A stretch of DNA of 64,000 nucleotides from positions 488,907 through 552,906 of the forward strand of contig CAWGDK010000005.1 of assembly GCA_963821385.1 (NCBI GenBank), read 5' to 3'. Below are positions 33,907 through 42,870 of this stretch, piece after piece; within the stretch, counting starts at the first letter, position 1, and the number at the start of each line of letters is the position of its first letter. The DNA comes from an uncultured Gemmatimonadales bacterium. Its GTDB lineage: Bacteria; Gemmatimonadota; Gemmatimonadetes; Gemmatimonadales; GWC2-71-9. The notes beneath the pieces are model-generated. The model saw nothing but the letters and a program-made list of their open reading frames with translations, was not told the DNA's origin and made no database searches. The translations under genes were made by a program, and so were the position numbers.

Positions 33907-35073
33907 TTAGCGACTCCTGATGGGGACGCTCCATTGGAAGGTGCCCCACTCCATGACGAGCCGTCCAGCCGGTTCGATGCGAATGGTGAACTGCTCGGCG
34001 TTTCCAGGCAGGGAATCCACCGTCATGGGCCGGCGCGCGACGTCCTTGTCGGCGTGGTATTCCGTGCCCCACTGGCCGGACTGGCCGTTGATGACGAGTG
34101 AGACCCCGCCCCGGGTCGGGAGCGTCCACAGCGTGTACGTCCCCGGAGGCAGCGAAACGCCGGCGATCTCGATCGGCGCCCTTGTGGTCAGCTGCGTCGC
34201 GGCGTTGGCGCCGGTGCGCCAAACTTGGCCATAGGGGATCAGCCCGCCCACCAGCGTTCTCCCGCGCCGCGCTGGGCGGCTATAGTCGACGATCACGTCG
34301 GCGGTCCCCACTGTGGCGCGGACGGTGTCGCGCGGGCTGAGGGACGTGGCGACGCCCGTGCGTTGCTCATCGGCCGCGAAGCGCGCCGCCAAGGCGTCGA
34401 TATCCGGTACGTCGGTGATGCGCCGGACTTCCTGCTTGTACGTCGTTCCCGCACCTGAGTAGGAGGCCAGCCGGCCGAGCGTGTCCAGGCGCGCGGTGCC
34501 CGTCCCCGCCAGCCCGGTGCTGCTGATCGCGTAGGAGCCGTCCGGGTTGCGCGCGATGTCCGCGTACCCCACGTGGCCTTCGTCCCAGCCTTCGAAGAAA
34601 TACTGACCGATGCGGGCGCGCGTGCTATCCTGCTGCCGCCGCGCCGCGTCGAGCAGCAGCTCCCAGGTCGCGTACACGTACGCATTCCACGGCACGGTTT
34701 CGGCGTAGCGCTTGCGGTACGCGAACGGCCGCGTGCCCGCCGACGGCCCGCGGGTGAACACCAGGACCGTGTCGATGAACGTGGCGGTATGGTGGAGATG
34801 CCGCCCGTCGGGAGGCCCGTTCGGGATGTCGGTGTCCATCGACCAGTGCGTGATGACCCCGTTCGGCCCCAGTTCGGCCTCCCAGTGGCGGCGGGTCACC
34901 GTCGGGGAGCGGCCGATCGCGTCGCCGATGATGCGATGGCCGCGCCGGGTGACACGTTCCACCGACGTCGTATCGTTGCCGAGGACGGCCACGAATCCGT
35001 AGGTCTCAGGTCTTGCGCAGGCGCCGAGCGCCAGCAGCAGGGCCAGCCGTGCCGGAACAGAGGGCATGGACAT
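33907..35073 (-). CDS. lipoprotein with C-terminal DUF2911 domain
   Basis: ORF 33907..35073 (388 aa) with lipobox LLLALGAC. The C-terminus reads VDYSRPARRGRTLVGGLIPYGQVWRTGANAATQL...GTYTLWTLP...GQWGTEY, which matches DUF2911 as I recall it. Confidence 0.7.
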   Translation of the reverse strand: MSMPSVPARLALLLALGACARPETYGFVAVLGNDTTSVERVTRRGHRIIGDAIGRSPTVTRRHWEAELGPNGVITHWSMDTDIPNGPPDGRHLHHTATFIDTVLVFTRGPSAGTRPFAYRKRYAETVPWNAYVYATWELLLDAARRQQDSTRARIGQYFFEGWDEGHVGYADIARNPDGSYAISSTGLAGTGTARLDTLGRLASYSGAGTTYKQEVRRITDVPDIDALAARFAADEQRTGVATSLSPRDTVRATVGTADVIVDYSRPARRGRTLVGGLIPYGQVWRTGANAATQLTTRAPIEIAGVSLPPGTYTLWTLPTRGGVSLVINGQSGQWGTEYHADKDVARRPMTVDSLPGNAEQFTIRIEPAGRLVMEWGTFQWSVPIRSR

Positions 35074-35106
35074 CAGAACCTCGACGATTGGTGGTGTCGC
35101 GTCATA

Positions 35107-35460
35107 CGAACAGATCCTTCTTCTCTTTTTTTTCTAACGAACGCCGAAGCGTTGTCATCCTGAGCGTAGCGCGCGGAACGCGCGCGGAGCGAAGGACCTG
35201 CTTTCGTCGAACAGCAGATCCTTCGCGCCTGCGGCGCTCAGGATGACAAGCGCGCTCGCTCGGGTGAGCAGAGAAAAAAAAGATAAGGAGGAAGTGGAAG
35301 ACTTGTGCCCTTGTTCTGCAAGGAAATGATGATGGTGCCACCCTTCTTCCATTTCCTTTCTTCTTAACTCCCCGCCAAGGATGTCATCCCTTCGCTACGC
35401 TCAGGGCAGGCTCTGAGCGCAGCGCGCGGAACGCGCGCGGAGCGAAGGACCTGCTGTTCG
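35107..35460. repeat. nested cluster of the palindromic repeat family, including an ORF-less (MITE-like) copy at ~35207-35455
   Basis: A polypyrimidine tract (35120-35135) is followed by gtcatcctgagcgtagcgcgcggaacgcgcgcggagcgaaggacctgct (35146-35200) and its inverted partner (35207-35247). Next come gctcgctcgggtgagcagagaaaaaaaagataaggaggaagtggaagac...ctgcaaggaaatgat, a second polypyrimidine tract, and another core arm (35384-35455). Confidence 0.75.
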
Positions 35461-35548
35461 TGAGGAAGGTGTCAGGAGCCGTTCTCTCCTCTAGTGGTGT
35501 TACCGCGCACGGGTGAGGTTCGGACTAACCCTCTTATCGGAGACGACC

Positions 35549-37084
35549 ATGAGGTCTCTCTACCACGTGTCCCCGCGTACTGCCCTCGCAGGCGTAGCGG
35601 TGGTACTCGCGTCCGCTGGGTGGTCTGCCCGCGCCGCCGCACAGGACGGGCGTGCCGCCCTCGATCCCATCACCAGTGCCGTCATCAACCATCCTATCAC
35701 CACGTCCTCCACCGCCGCGCGAGCCCACTTCCTCATGGGCGTGCGCGAGGCCGATCTCGGCCGTTTCCTCGAGGCGAACGTTCACTTCCAGGCGGCGGTC
35801 GCGGCCGATCCGAACTTCGCCTTCGGCTATCTGAACGTCGCCAACACCGCGAACTCGCTCGCCGAGTTCAAGGCGAACCTCGCCCTCGCCGAACAGCACG
35901 CGGCCGGCGCCTCGGACGCCGAGCAGATCCAAATCCAGATGGCGCGCAAGGGCTTCGACAACGACATCGCGGGCCAACTGGCGCTCGCCCAGCAGTTCGT
36001 CGCGAAGTATCCCGCCAGTCCACGCGCCTGGCTGGCGCTCGCCGGGGCGCAAGCGGGGTTGAATCGCAACCCAGAAGCCCGGGCCTCGCTGACCAAGGCC
36101 TTGGAGCTGGCGCCCCGCATGTACGTCGCCCACGCGACGCTGGGCAACAATTACATCTTCGGGGAGCCGCGCGACTTCGCCAAAGCGCTCGAGCAGATGC
36201 AGGCGGGCGTGGCGCTGGCGCCGAACGAGCCCAATGCGCACATGTTTGTGGGCGACGCGTACCGCGCGCAGCGCAATCTCGAAAAGGCGCGTGACGAGTA
36301 CAGCCGAGGTCTCGCGCTCGACCCGCACAACGGGATCCTGCTGGTGAAGCTCGGGCACGCGAACACGTTCCTGGGCAACTACGCCGCGGCGCGGGCGAAC
36401 TACGATTCCGCCGAGGCGGTCGCGCCGCCGGCGCAGCGGGCGGGCTTCGCCCCGTTCCACGCCTACGTCAGCGTCTATGCCGGCGACCCCGCGGCGGCGA
36501 TCGACGAGCTCAATCGACTGGTCGGCGCCGTCGACGGCATGGGGGTCACCGATCCCACCGCCTCCAAGGTGAACGCGCTCACGAATGTCGTCGTGATCGC
36601 GATCCATACGGGCAACCGGGCCGCGGCGGAGCAGGCCCTCACGCAGCTCAAGCCGTTGCTGATGCAGCAGGCCGACCAGGCCGGCAACCCGGCATTCCGG
36701 CGCGGCCAGGAGGCGCAGGTCGCGTACTTACAAGGGTGGTTGGCGGCGAAGAGCGGCGACTACGCGGCCGCGCGGGAGCACGCCGATCACATCAACGCGC
36801 TGTTGGCACCCGACGCGAACCCGCGCAAGCTCGAGCCGATGCACCAGCTGATGGGATTCATCGCGCTATATCAGCGGCAGTACGGCCAGGCCGCCGACCA
36901 CTTCCGGCAGGGCAATCCGTTCGATCCGTACGTGAAGTATCAGCTCGCGCTCGCGACGGAGGGCGCGGGTGATGCCGCCCAGGCCCGGAAGCTGTTCCGC
37001 GAAGTCGCCGACTACAACTTCAACGCGCTCGGCTTCGCGCTGGTGCGAAGGGACGCCCAGCAGAAGGCCGGCGCGGGAACGTAG
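35549..37084 (+). CDS. secreted TPR-repeat protein
   Basis: ORF 35513..37084 with the likely start MRSLYHV at 35549. It has a signal peptide ending ARAAAQ and multiple 34-aa TPR-like units (e.g. AHMFVGDAYRAQRNLEKARDEYSRGLALDPHN). Confidence 0.8.
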   Translation: MRSLYHVSPRTALAGVAVVLASAGWSARAAAQDGRAALDPITSAVINHPITTSSTAARAHFLMGVREADLGRFLEANVHFQAAVAADPNFAFGYLNVANTANSLAEFKANLALAEQHAAGASDAEQIQIQMARKGFDNDIAGQLALAQQFVAKYPASPRAWLALAGAQAGLNRNPEARASLTKALELAPRMYVAHATLGNNYIFGEPRDFAKALEQMQAGVALAPNEPNAHMFVGDAYRAQRNLEKARDEYSRGLALDPHNGILLVKLGHANTFLGNYAAARANYDSAEAVAPPAQRAGFAPFHAYVSVYAGDPAAAIDELNRLVGAVDGMGVTDPTASKVNALTNVVVIAIHTGNRAAAEQALTQLKPLLMQQADQAGNPAFRRGQEAQVAYLQGWLAAKSGDYAAAREHADHINALLAPDANPRKLEPMHQLMGFIALYQRQYGQAADHFRQGNPFDPYVKYQLALATEGAGDAAQARKLFREVADYNFNALGFALVRRDAQQKAGAGT

Positions 37085-37355
37085 GCGTTCTTTCTCCTCT
37101 ATTTTTCCCATACGGACGCCGGAGCGTTGTCATCCTGAGCGCAGCGCGCGGAACGCGCGCGGAGCGAAGGACCTGCTGTTGAACGCCCTCGTGGACGGCG
37201 CGCGGAGAACTCAGGCCTTCGCTGCGCTCAGGGCAATTCCTTCGCTACGCGCGCACTAGAAGCAGGTCCTTCGCTTCGCGCGCTTGCGCGCGCTCCGCTC
37301 AGGATGACAGGCCGCTCGCTCTCTCGAGAGAAAAGAAAGGGAAGCGAAGAACCTC
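37085..37355. repeat. cluster of the palindromic repeat family (long inverted repeat)
   Basis: The left arm is ...cggacgccggagcgttgtcatcctgagcgcagcgcgcggaacgcgcgcggagcgaaggacctgct (37124-37176). A partial copy lies at 37205-37255. The inverted arm is agcaggtccttcgcttcgcgcgcttgcgcgcgctccgctcaggatgaca (37258-37308), followed by ccgctcgctctctcgagagaaaagaaaggg. Confidence 0.75.
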
Positions 37356-37379
37356 AAGGCAGACTTCGATCAGCTGGAA

Positions 37380-37510
37380 GCCTTCGCCGGGACCGGATTC
37401 GCTCCCTTCACCAAGAGCCACAGCATGATCGCCAGTTCCCCGAACAGCGCGGGTTGCGCGTAGTTGAATATGGTGCTCGTGCTGCTGCACGAACAACAGG
37501 GTCAGCGGGC
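37380..37510 (-). pseudogene. possible C-terminal remnant of a DUF4386-like membrane protein
   Basis: My own translation gives ...STIFNYAQPALFGELAIMLWLLVKGANPVPAKASS*. It is bounded upstream by an in-frame stop and is only ~43 codons long. Confidence 0.3.
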
Positions 37511-37521
37511 GATGGCGCCCG

Positions 37522-40158
37522 CTATCGATTGGCCTCGTCCACGGCCTGCTTCATCCGGTCCACCCAGTGCGGCGCGACGCGGAGGTAGGCGGCTGGCTTG
37601 TCGATGGCACCCCGCAGGTAGATGACACCACCGCCGGGCGCGAGCGCGAACGAGGGTCCGTTGGTGTCTCGAAACTGCGGCGCGTCGGCCCACCGGCCCC
37701 GATTGCGGAGCGGCGGATTCGCCGTGGGATCGACGGTCACCCGCTCGAGCCGGGTCCGAGGTCCGTCCGTGATCGGCACACCCAACTCGCGCGCCGAGAG
37801 CCACTGAATGTCCTCCAGATTGCCGGCCGCCGCCTGGAACCGGCGCCCGTCGCGCGGGAGAGGCTCGATCCAGGCCTCCGTATAGGCGGCGTTGGTGTAC
37901 GCGATCCAGCGCCCGTCGGCGGAAGGAAAGGCGAACCCGGTGTTCGAAAACAGCGAGTCGACGGTGACCGGCCGGCGGTCGAGTCGCAGCACGTCTGCGG
38001 CGTTCGGCTCCCAGCGGATCCCGAAGACCCGGTCGTCAGGCATCCAGCGCAACGCCTCGAAGTGCGGGAGGTACAGCAGGAACTCCGGAGGGCCGGAGCG
38101 GTCCGGTGAGCCCACGAGGATCGAATCGTTGGCGCCGAACAGCAGCCGGTCGCCCGCCGGGCTCCATATCGCATGGGTGATGACCGGCCGCCGGATCCAG
38201 GTCTGGTATCGACCGGACGCCAGGTCGTAGATCCTGAGCTCCATCCCTTCGAGCCCCTCGACCACCGCAGCGAGGCGACGGCCGTCGGGGCTGTACTCGA
38301 AGGTGAGGAAGGCCTCTCTGCCGAGGTGGCAGCGTGTCGATTCCCGCCTCGCTGAGGTGAACCAGGTGCCCGACCGACCGGTTGTCCCCCTGGGCGTACA
38401 CCAGGGTACCGGACGGCGGCGATGGCATAACTCGCCGTCCCCGGTGAAATTGGCGAGGCCGAGTCCACTCGCCATCCGCACGGCCCGACCCACCCGACCG
38501 GTCTCGAGGTCCACCGGCGCCGCGAGCAGATCACCGCCGATGGAGACGTAGGTCAGATAGCGCCCGTCGACGACCCGGAACGACGAACCGAACACCCGAT
38601 TGCTGTCCTCCGCACGCCAGAACCGCTGCTCGAACGCGGTGTCCCCGACCGCGATCCGGTAGCCCCATTTGGCCCCTCCCCCGCCACAGAGCAGGCCGTC
38701 TCCTCCCGGAGTCAGCGCCTGGCCCTCGCAGTATCCGGATCGGGACCGACGAGACCGGTCCCGCGCTCGGGATCGATCCAGCGGGCCACTGGCCGCCGCT
38801 GTCGATGGCGAGGATCCGGCCTCCGGAGGGCCAGAGCAGCCTCCGCAGGACTCGACGCCGCGACCGATCGTGGTCGCGGTGCCGCCTTCGACGGGGATGA
38901 CCTCGACGGTCCACCCGCCGTCCGTCAGGCGGAAGAACGCGATGCCGGTTGCCGTCGGGCGAGATCGACCGGCTGGGATCCGTCATCGGTGCCGGGGATC
39001 CGCCGCACGGTGGCATCGAGCAGTGAGCGATACCAGAGCTCGCTCCGGCCCTGCCGCACCGTCTCGTACACGACGAAGTCGCCGCCGGGCGAGACGGCGA
39101 ACCCGACGTCCTGGGCGACCGTCATCATGCCGGCCGAGTCGGGGAGGCCGACGTCGTACTCCACGGGAACACCCGCGCGCTCGGACCGGGCGAGCATCGA
39201 CGCCAGCAGGGCGCCGACGGCGATCCCCGCCGCGCCCGTGGCGGCGATCCGGAGATCACGCCACCAGGGGCGCCTGGAGCCCTGGGCCGCCGTTGTTCCG
39301 GTTGAGGTCGCCGCGACAAACGCCGGATTCGCGAGCGCGTCGGCGAACGCCTTCGCGCGCGTCGAACCGGTCGGCCGGGAGCTTCTCCAGCGCCTTCGCC
39401 AGCGCCGCCGCCACGTTCGGCGGCACGCTCTTCCGCAGGCTCGTCACCGGCGCCGCCGGCTCGGCGATGATCTTCATGATGATCTGCTGCGCCGAGCCAC
39501 CCGTGTGCGGCGGCTGCCCGGCCAGCATCTCGTACAGCACGCTCGCCAGCGAGTAGATGTCGCTGCGCGCCGTGATCTCCTTGTCCGCCGTCGCCTGCTC
39601 CGGGACATGTAGTGCGGCGTGCCCAGACAGAGCCCGGTCTCGGTCATGCGTCCGCCAGCCGCGGCGGACACGGCGAGCGCGATGCCGAAGTCCATCACCA
39701 TCGGCCGGCCATCGTGCAGCAGGATGTTCTCCGGCTTGATGTCGCGGTGGATCACGCCGTGGCGATGGGCGTAGTCGAGCGCGTCGGCGACCTCGGTGGT
39801 GATCCGTACCGCTTCGTCGATGCGCGAACTGGGTCTCGCGAGTGAGCTTCTCGCGGATCGTCTCGCCCTCGATGTAGGGCATGACGTAGTAGAGGAACCC
39901 GCCGGCCTCGCCGGAGTCGAACAGCGGCAGGATGTGCGGATGGCTGAGCGCCGCGGTGGTCTTGATCTCCTGGACGAACCGCTCGGCGCCGAGCACGGCG
40001 GCGAGCTCGGGCTTCAAGACCTTGATGGCGACCTTGCGGTCGTGCTTCAGGTCCTGGGCGAGGTAGACGGTGGCCATGCCGCCCCGGCCGAGCTCGCGCT
40101 CGAGGCGGTAGCGGTCGGACAACGCGGCGGCTAGACGCTCCATTCCATCGATCATCAT
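37522..40158 (-). pseudogene. Hanks-type Ser/Thr kinase fused (via a TM segment) to a TolB/PD40-like beta-propeller; at least 8 frame disruptions
   Basis: The kinase part is in ORF 39256..40158 (LGRGGMATVYLAQD, VAIKVL) and ORF 39474..39755 ([24 protein letters not shown]). The TM segment is IAATGAAGIAVGALLAS (my own translation). Propeller pieces are in ORFs 38925..39197, 38531..39016 and 37522..38595 (SPDGNR, YSPDGRRLA, WSPAGDRLLF, FPSADGRWIAY). Confidence 0.8.
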
Positions 40159-40160
40159 GA

Positions 40161-40511
40161 CTAGAACCCCCTGAGCGCGTCAGCCTCCGTGGCGAACACG
40201 GCGAGAATGGTCGAGAACCCGGAAATGTCGAACACCTCCCGGACCGTCTCGTTCAAGCCAAAGAGGCGCAGCGCCCCTCCCCCCGCCCCCGCCCGTCCCC
40301 CCAGCCGCTTGACCGTGCCGAGCAACACCCGCAACCCGGCACTGCTGATGTAGTCGAGCGCCGTCAGGTCCACCACGACCTTCCGCGCGCCACCCGAGAG
40401 AATCGCGTCGAGCGCCTGCTGCGCCTGGGGCGAGGTGTTGCTGTCGAGACTGCCGACAACGGCGACGAGCGTAACGTCATGGTGCGCGCGCGTGGTGATC
40501 TCCATGGCCAT
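40161..40511 (-). CDS. STAS-domain anti-sigma-factor antagonist (SpoIIAA/RsbV-like)
   Basis: ORF 40161..40511 (116 aa). Motifs: VVDLTALDYISSAGLRVLLGTVKR ... LRLFGLNETVREVFDISGF. Confidence 0.85.
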   Translation of the reverse strand: MAMEITTRAHHDVTLVAVVGSLDSNTSPQAQQALDAILSGGARKVVVDLTALDYISSAGLRVLLGTVKRLGGRAGAGGGALRLFGLNETVREVFDISGFSTILAVFATEADALRGF

Positions 40512-41021
40512 CTACTCCTTCAGGCGCTTGACCAGCACGACGACGTTGTGACCGCCGCGGCGGTGATAGTGGACCTCGTCCATCAGCTGCCGCACCAGGT
40601 GAATCCCCAGACCACCGATCGGCCGCTCCTCGACGGAGCCCGCGGTGTCGGGGACCGCCGTGTCGAGGGGATTGAACGGCTGGCCGTCGTCCGTCAGGGT
40701 GACCGTCAGCCGATCCGGCAGTAGCTCGACGGCGATCGTCACCGCGCCGTCTTCGCCCTGCCGCCCCGCAAATCCGTGCACGATCGTGTTCTGCAGCAGC
40801 TCGTCGAGGGCGACGTTCAGGCTGCGCCGGACCGCGGCCGGCATGGCGTGCGCCTCCGCGAACGCGGTGAACGCCGCGTTGACCCGGGCGATTTCGCCCG
40901 GGTCGCTCGCCATCGTCCATCGGACGCCCAGCCGCGTCGGCCCGGCATTGCCGAGGGGGGAGCCGCGGTGCAGGTTCTCTTCCAACCTTTGACCCCTCTG
41001 AGTTGTACTTGAAAGAAACAC
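40512..41021 (-). CDS. anti-sigma regulatory factor / Ser-protein kinase (RsbW/SpoIIAB-like, GHKL ATPase); start uncertain (41021 GTG, 40985 TTG or 40917 ATG)
   Basis: ORF 40512..41021. Motifs: LDELLQNTIVHGF (N-box), LTDDGQPFNP (G1-like), GGLGIHLVRQLMDEV (G2-like). The stop abuts the STAS start. Confidence 0.8.
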   Translation of the reverse strand: MFLSSTTQRGQRLEENLHRGSPLGNAGPTRLGVRWTMASDPGEIARVNAAFTAFAEAHAMPAAVRRSLNVALDELLQNTIVHGFAGRQGEDGAVTIAVELLPDRLTVTLTDDGQPFNPLDTAVPDTAGSVEERPIGGLGIHLVRQLMDEVHYHRRGGHNVVVLVKRLKE

Positions 41022-41569
41022 CTCCGGCGACGGACGAACAGGACCGGGACCTGGTCCGGCAGTTCCTGGACGGTCACCGGGACGCGGGCGAGAGCCTCGT
41101 CGATCGGTACCAGAAACGGCTGTACAACCTCGCGCTCCGGATGACGCACGACGTGCAGGACGCCGAGGACGTCACGCAGACGGTGTTTCTCAATGCGTTT
41201 CTGAAACTCCGGACCTACGACCCGAGGTACAAATTCTTCAGCTGGATCTACCGCATGACGGTGAACGAGTCGCTCAACCTGCTCAAGCGACGCAAGCCGG
41301 CGGTGACGCTGGAGGATGGACCGGAAATCCCGGCCGCGGCCGCCTCTTCCGATCGCTCGACGGAGGCCGAGGACCGTGTGGGGAAGGCGCTGATGGGCCT
41401 GGAGCCGAACGATCGGGCCGTGGTGGTGCTCAAGCACTTTCTGTTTTTCTCCTACGAGGAGATCGCTGGCGTGCTGGAGATTCCGGTGAAGACCGTCAAG
41501 TCGCGCCTCTTCACGGCGCGGGAGCGGCTGCGGCTCGTGCTCACTGAACAGGTGCGGGGCCCATGCTGA
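41003..41569 (+). CDS. ECF-type sigma-70 family RNA polymerase sigma factor (start codon uncertain, no ATG; TTG at 41003/41009)
   Basis: ORF 41003..41569. Region 2 reads LVDRYQKRLYNLALRMTHDVQDAEDVTQTVFLNAF...FFSWIYRMTVNESLN. Region 4 reads VVVLKHFLFFSYEEIAGVLEIPVKTVKSRLFTARERL. Confidence 0.85.
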   Translation: MYLKETPPATDEQDRDLVRQFLDGHRDAGESLVDRYQKRLYNLALRMTHDVQDAEDVTQTVFLNAFLKLRTYDPRYKFFSWIYRMTVNESLNLLKRRKPAVTLEDGPEIPAAAASSDRSTEAEDRVGKALMGLEPNDRAVVVLKHFLFFSYEEIAGVLEIPVKTVKSRLFTARERLRLVLTEQVRGPC

Positions 41570-42765
41570 ACACGGAACAGATCGAGCTCATCCAGCAGGA
41601 GATCGACGGCGCCAACACGCCGGAACAGCGAGCCGCGTTCCGGTCGCTGGTGGAGCGGAATCCGGAGGCCCGGGCACTGGCGGACGAGTTGCGCTCCGTG
41701 GTACTGGCCTTCGATCGTACGGGGACGCGCGAACCGCCTCCTCGTCTGAAACACGCGATCCTTGCGACACTGCCTCCACCGGGGCACGCGCGAGCGACGT
41801 GGTGGGGCATACTGAGTGATCCCGTGCAGACGATTCAGGATGTTTGGCAGCGCAGCATACTTCCAGGAGGCCACATGACGAGGAAAGCGATCATCATCGG
41901 AGGCTCAGCAGCAGCGGCGGCGGTCGTGATCTTCGTCGCCGGCTTACTGACCGGTTTCCCACCGGTCTTCAACAAGGCGGGCACGATCGGCGGGATCGGC
42001 GGCGTCGAGCAGGCGTCGCGCTATCGGGGGCGCGCCATGACCGAAGCCGACGTGACGCTCCAGAATCCCGAGATCCAGGTGCTGTTTCAGAACGATCAGA
42101 TCCTGCGCCTGGTGCGGAGCGATGTGTTCCGGGAAGTGATGCAGAATGCGGCGTTCCGGAACTTGCAGGCCAACGCGGCCTATCGCGAGCTCATGGCCAA
42201 CGCCGGCTACCAGCAGATCCAGGCCAGCGCCGCCTATCAGCAGATCCAGGCCAACCCGGCCTATCGCGAGCTCATGGCCAGCGCCGGCTACCAGCAGATC
42301 CACGCCAGCGCGGAGTACCAGCAGCTCCAGGCCAACGCCGTGTTCCGCGACCTGCAGGCGCAGGGAGCGTTCGGGCACGTGCAGTCCGCGGACGTCGCGC
42401 AGCGGCTCCAGGCCAACGCGGCGTACCGGGAGATCCAGGCCAACGCCGCGTATCTGCGGCTCCAGGCCAACCCGGCGTTCCGCGAGCTCCAGGCCAACGC
42501 CGTGTTCCAACAGCTGGCGGCGAACCCGGCGTACCAGCAGCTCCAGGCCAACGCCGCCTACCAGCAGCTCCAGGCCAACACGGCGTTCCGCGGGGTCCAG
42601 GCGAACGCGGTGTTTATGCGGCTCCAGGCCAGCGACGCGTTCCGCACGGTGCAAGCCAGCGGCGCGTTCTACCAGCTCCAGGCGGCCGAAGCGTTCCGCG
42701 CCCTGTCCCTGAACGCGGCGCTGTCCCAGACGTTCATGCGTGAGGCGATGCGCGACGCGAACTGA
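41563..42765 (+). CDS. single-pass anti-sigma-factor-like protein whose extracytoplasmic domain is 25 tandem nonapeptide repeats
   Basis: ORF 41563..42765 (400 aa). It overlaps the sigma stop by 7 nt. The N-terminal ~60 aa are helical and anti-sigma-like. The TM segment is AIIIGGSAAAAAVVIFVAGLL. The repeats follow the pattern QANAAYxxL. Confidence 0.65.
   Translation: MLNTEQIELIQQEIDGANTPEQRAAFRSLVERNPEARALADELRSVVLAFDRTGTREPPPRLKHAILATLPPPGHARATWWGILSDPVQTIQDVWQRSILPGGHMTRKAIIIGGSAAAAAVVIFVAGLLTGFPPVFNKAGTIGGIGGVEQASRYRGRAMTEADVTLQNPEIQVLFQNDQILRLVRSDVFREVMQNAAFRNLQANAAYRELMANAGYQQIQASAAYQQIQANPAYRELMASAGYQQIHASAEYQQLQANAVFRDLQAQGAFGHVQSADVAQRLQANAAYREIQANAAYLRLQANPAFRELQANAVFQQLAANPAYQQLQANAAYQQLQANTAFRGVQANAVFMRLQASDAFRTVQASGAFYQLQAAEAFRALSLNAALSQTFMREAMRDAN
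42058..42732 (+). repeat. 27-bp (9-codon) tandem coding repeat, ~25 units, with an embedded 81-bp higher-order duplication (~42179-42340)
   Basis: The units read LQNPEIQVL FQNDQILRL VRSDVFREV MQNAAFRNL QANAAYREL MANAGYQQI QASAAYQQI QANPAYREL ... QAAEAFRAL SLNAALSQT. The region is stop-free in several frames on both strands (ORFs 41844..42743, 42146..42712, 41944..42654). Confidence 0.85.
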
Positions 42766-42870
42766 CGCCCTCTCGTAGCGATCGTAGACCCGTGCGGTGA
42801 TCCTGGCTCGCTCTAACGGGAGCCGGGATCACCGCATAGCTTTGCTCCGCACCACCCTTCCCCTCGGACA

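Noticed and set aside
41844-42743. Alternative-frame and antisense ORFs across the nonapeptide repeat (41844..42743, 42146..42712, 41944..42654, 42288..42551).
   Set aside because: They are open only because the 27-bp repeat lacks stops in several frames. Only the 41563..42765 frame has a start coupled to the sigma gene, a TM helix and a regular amphipathic repeat.
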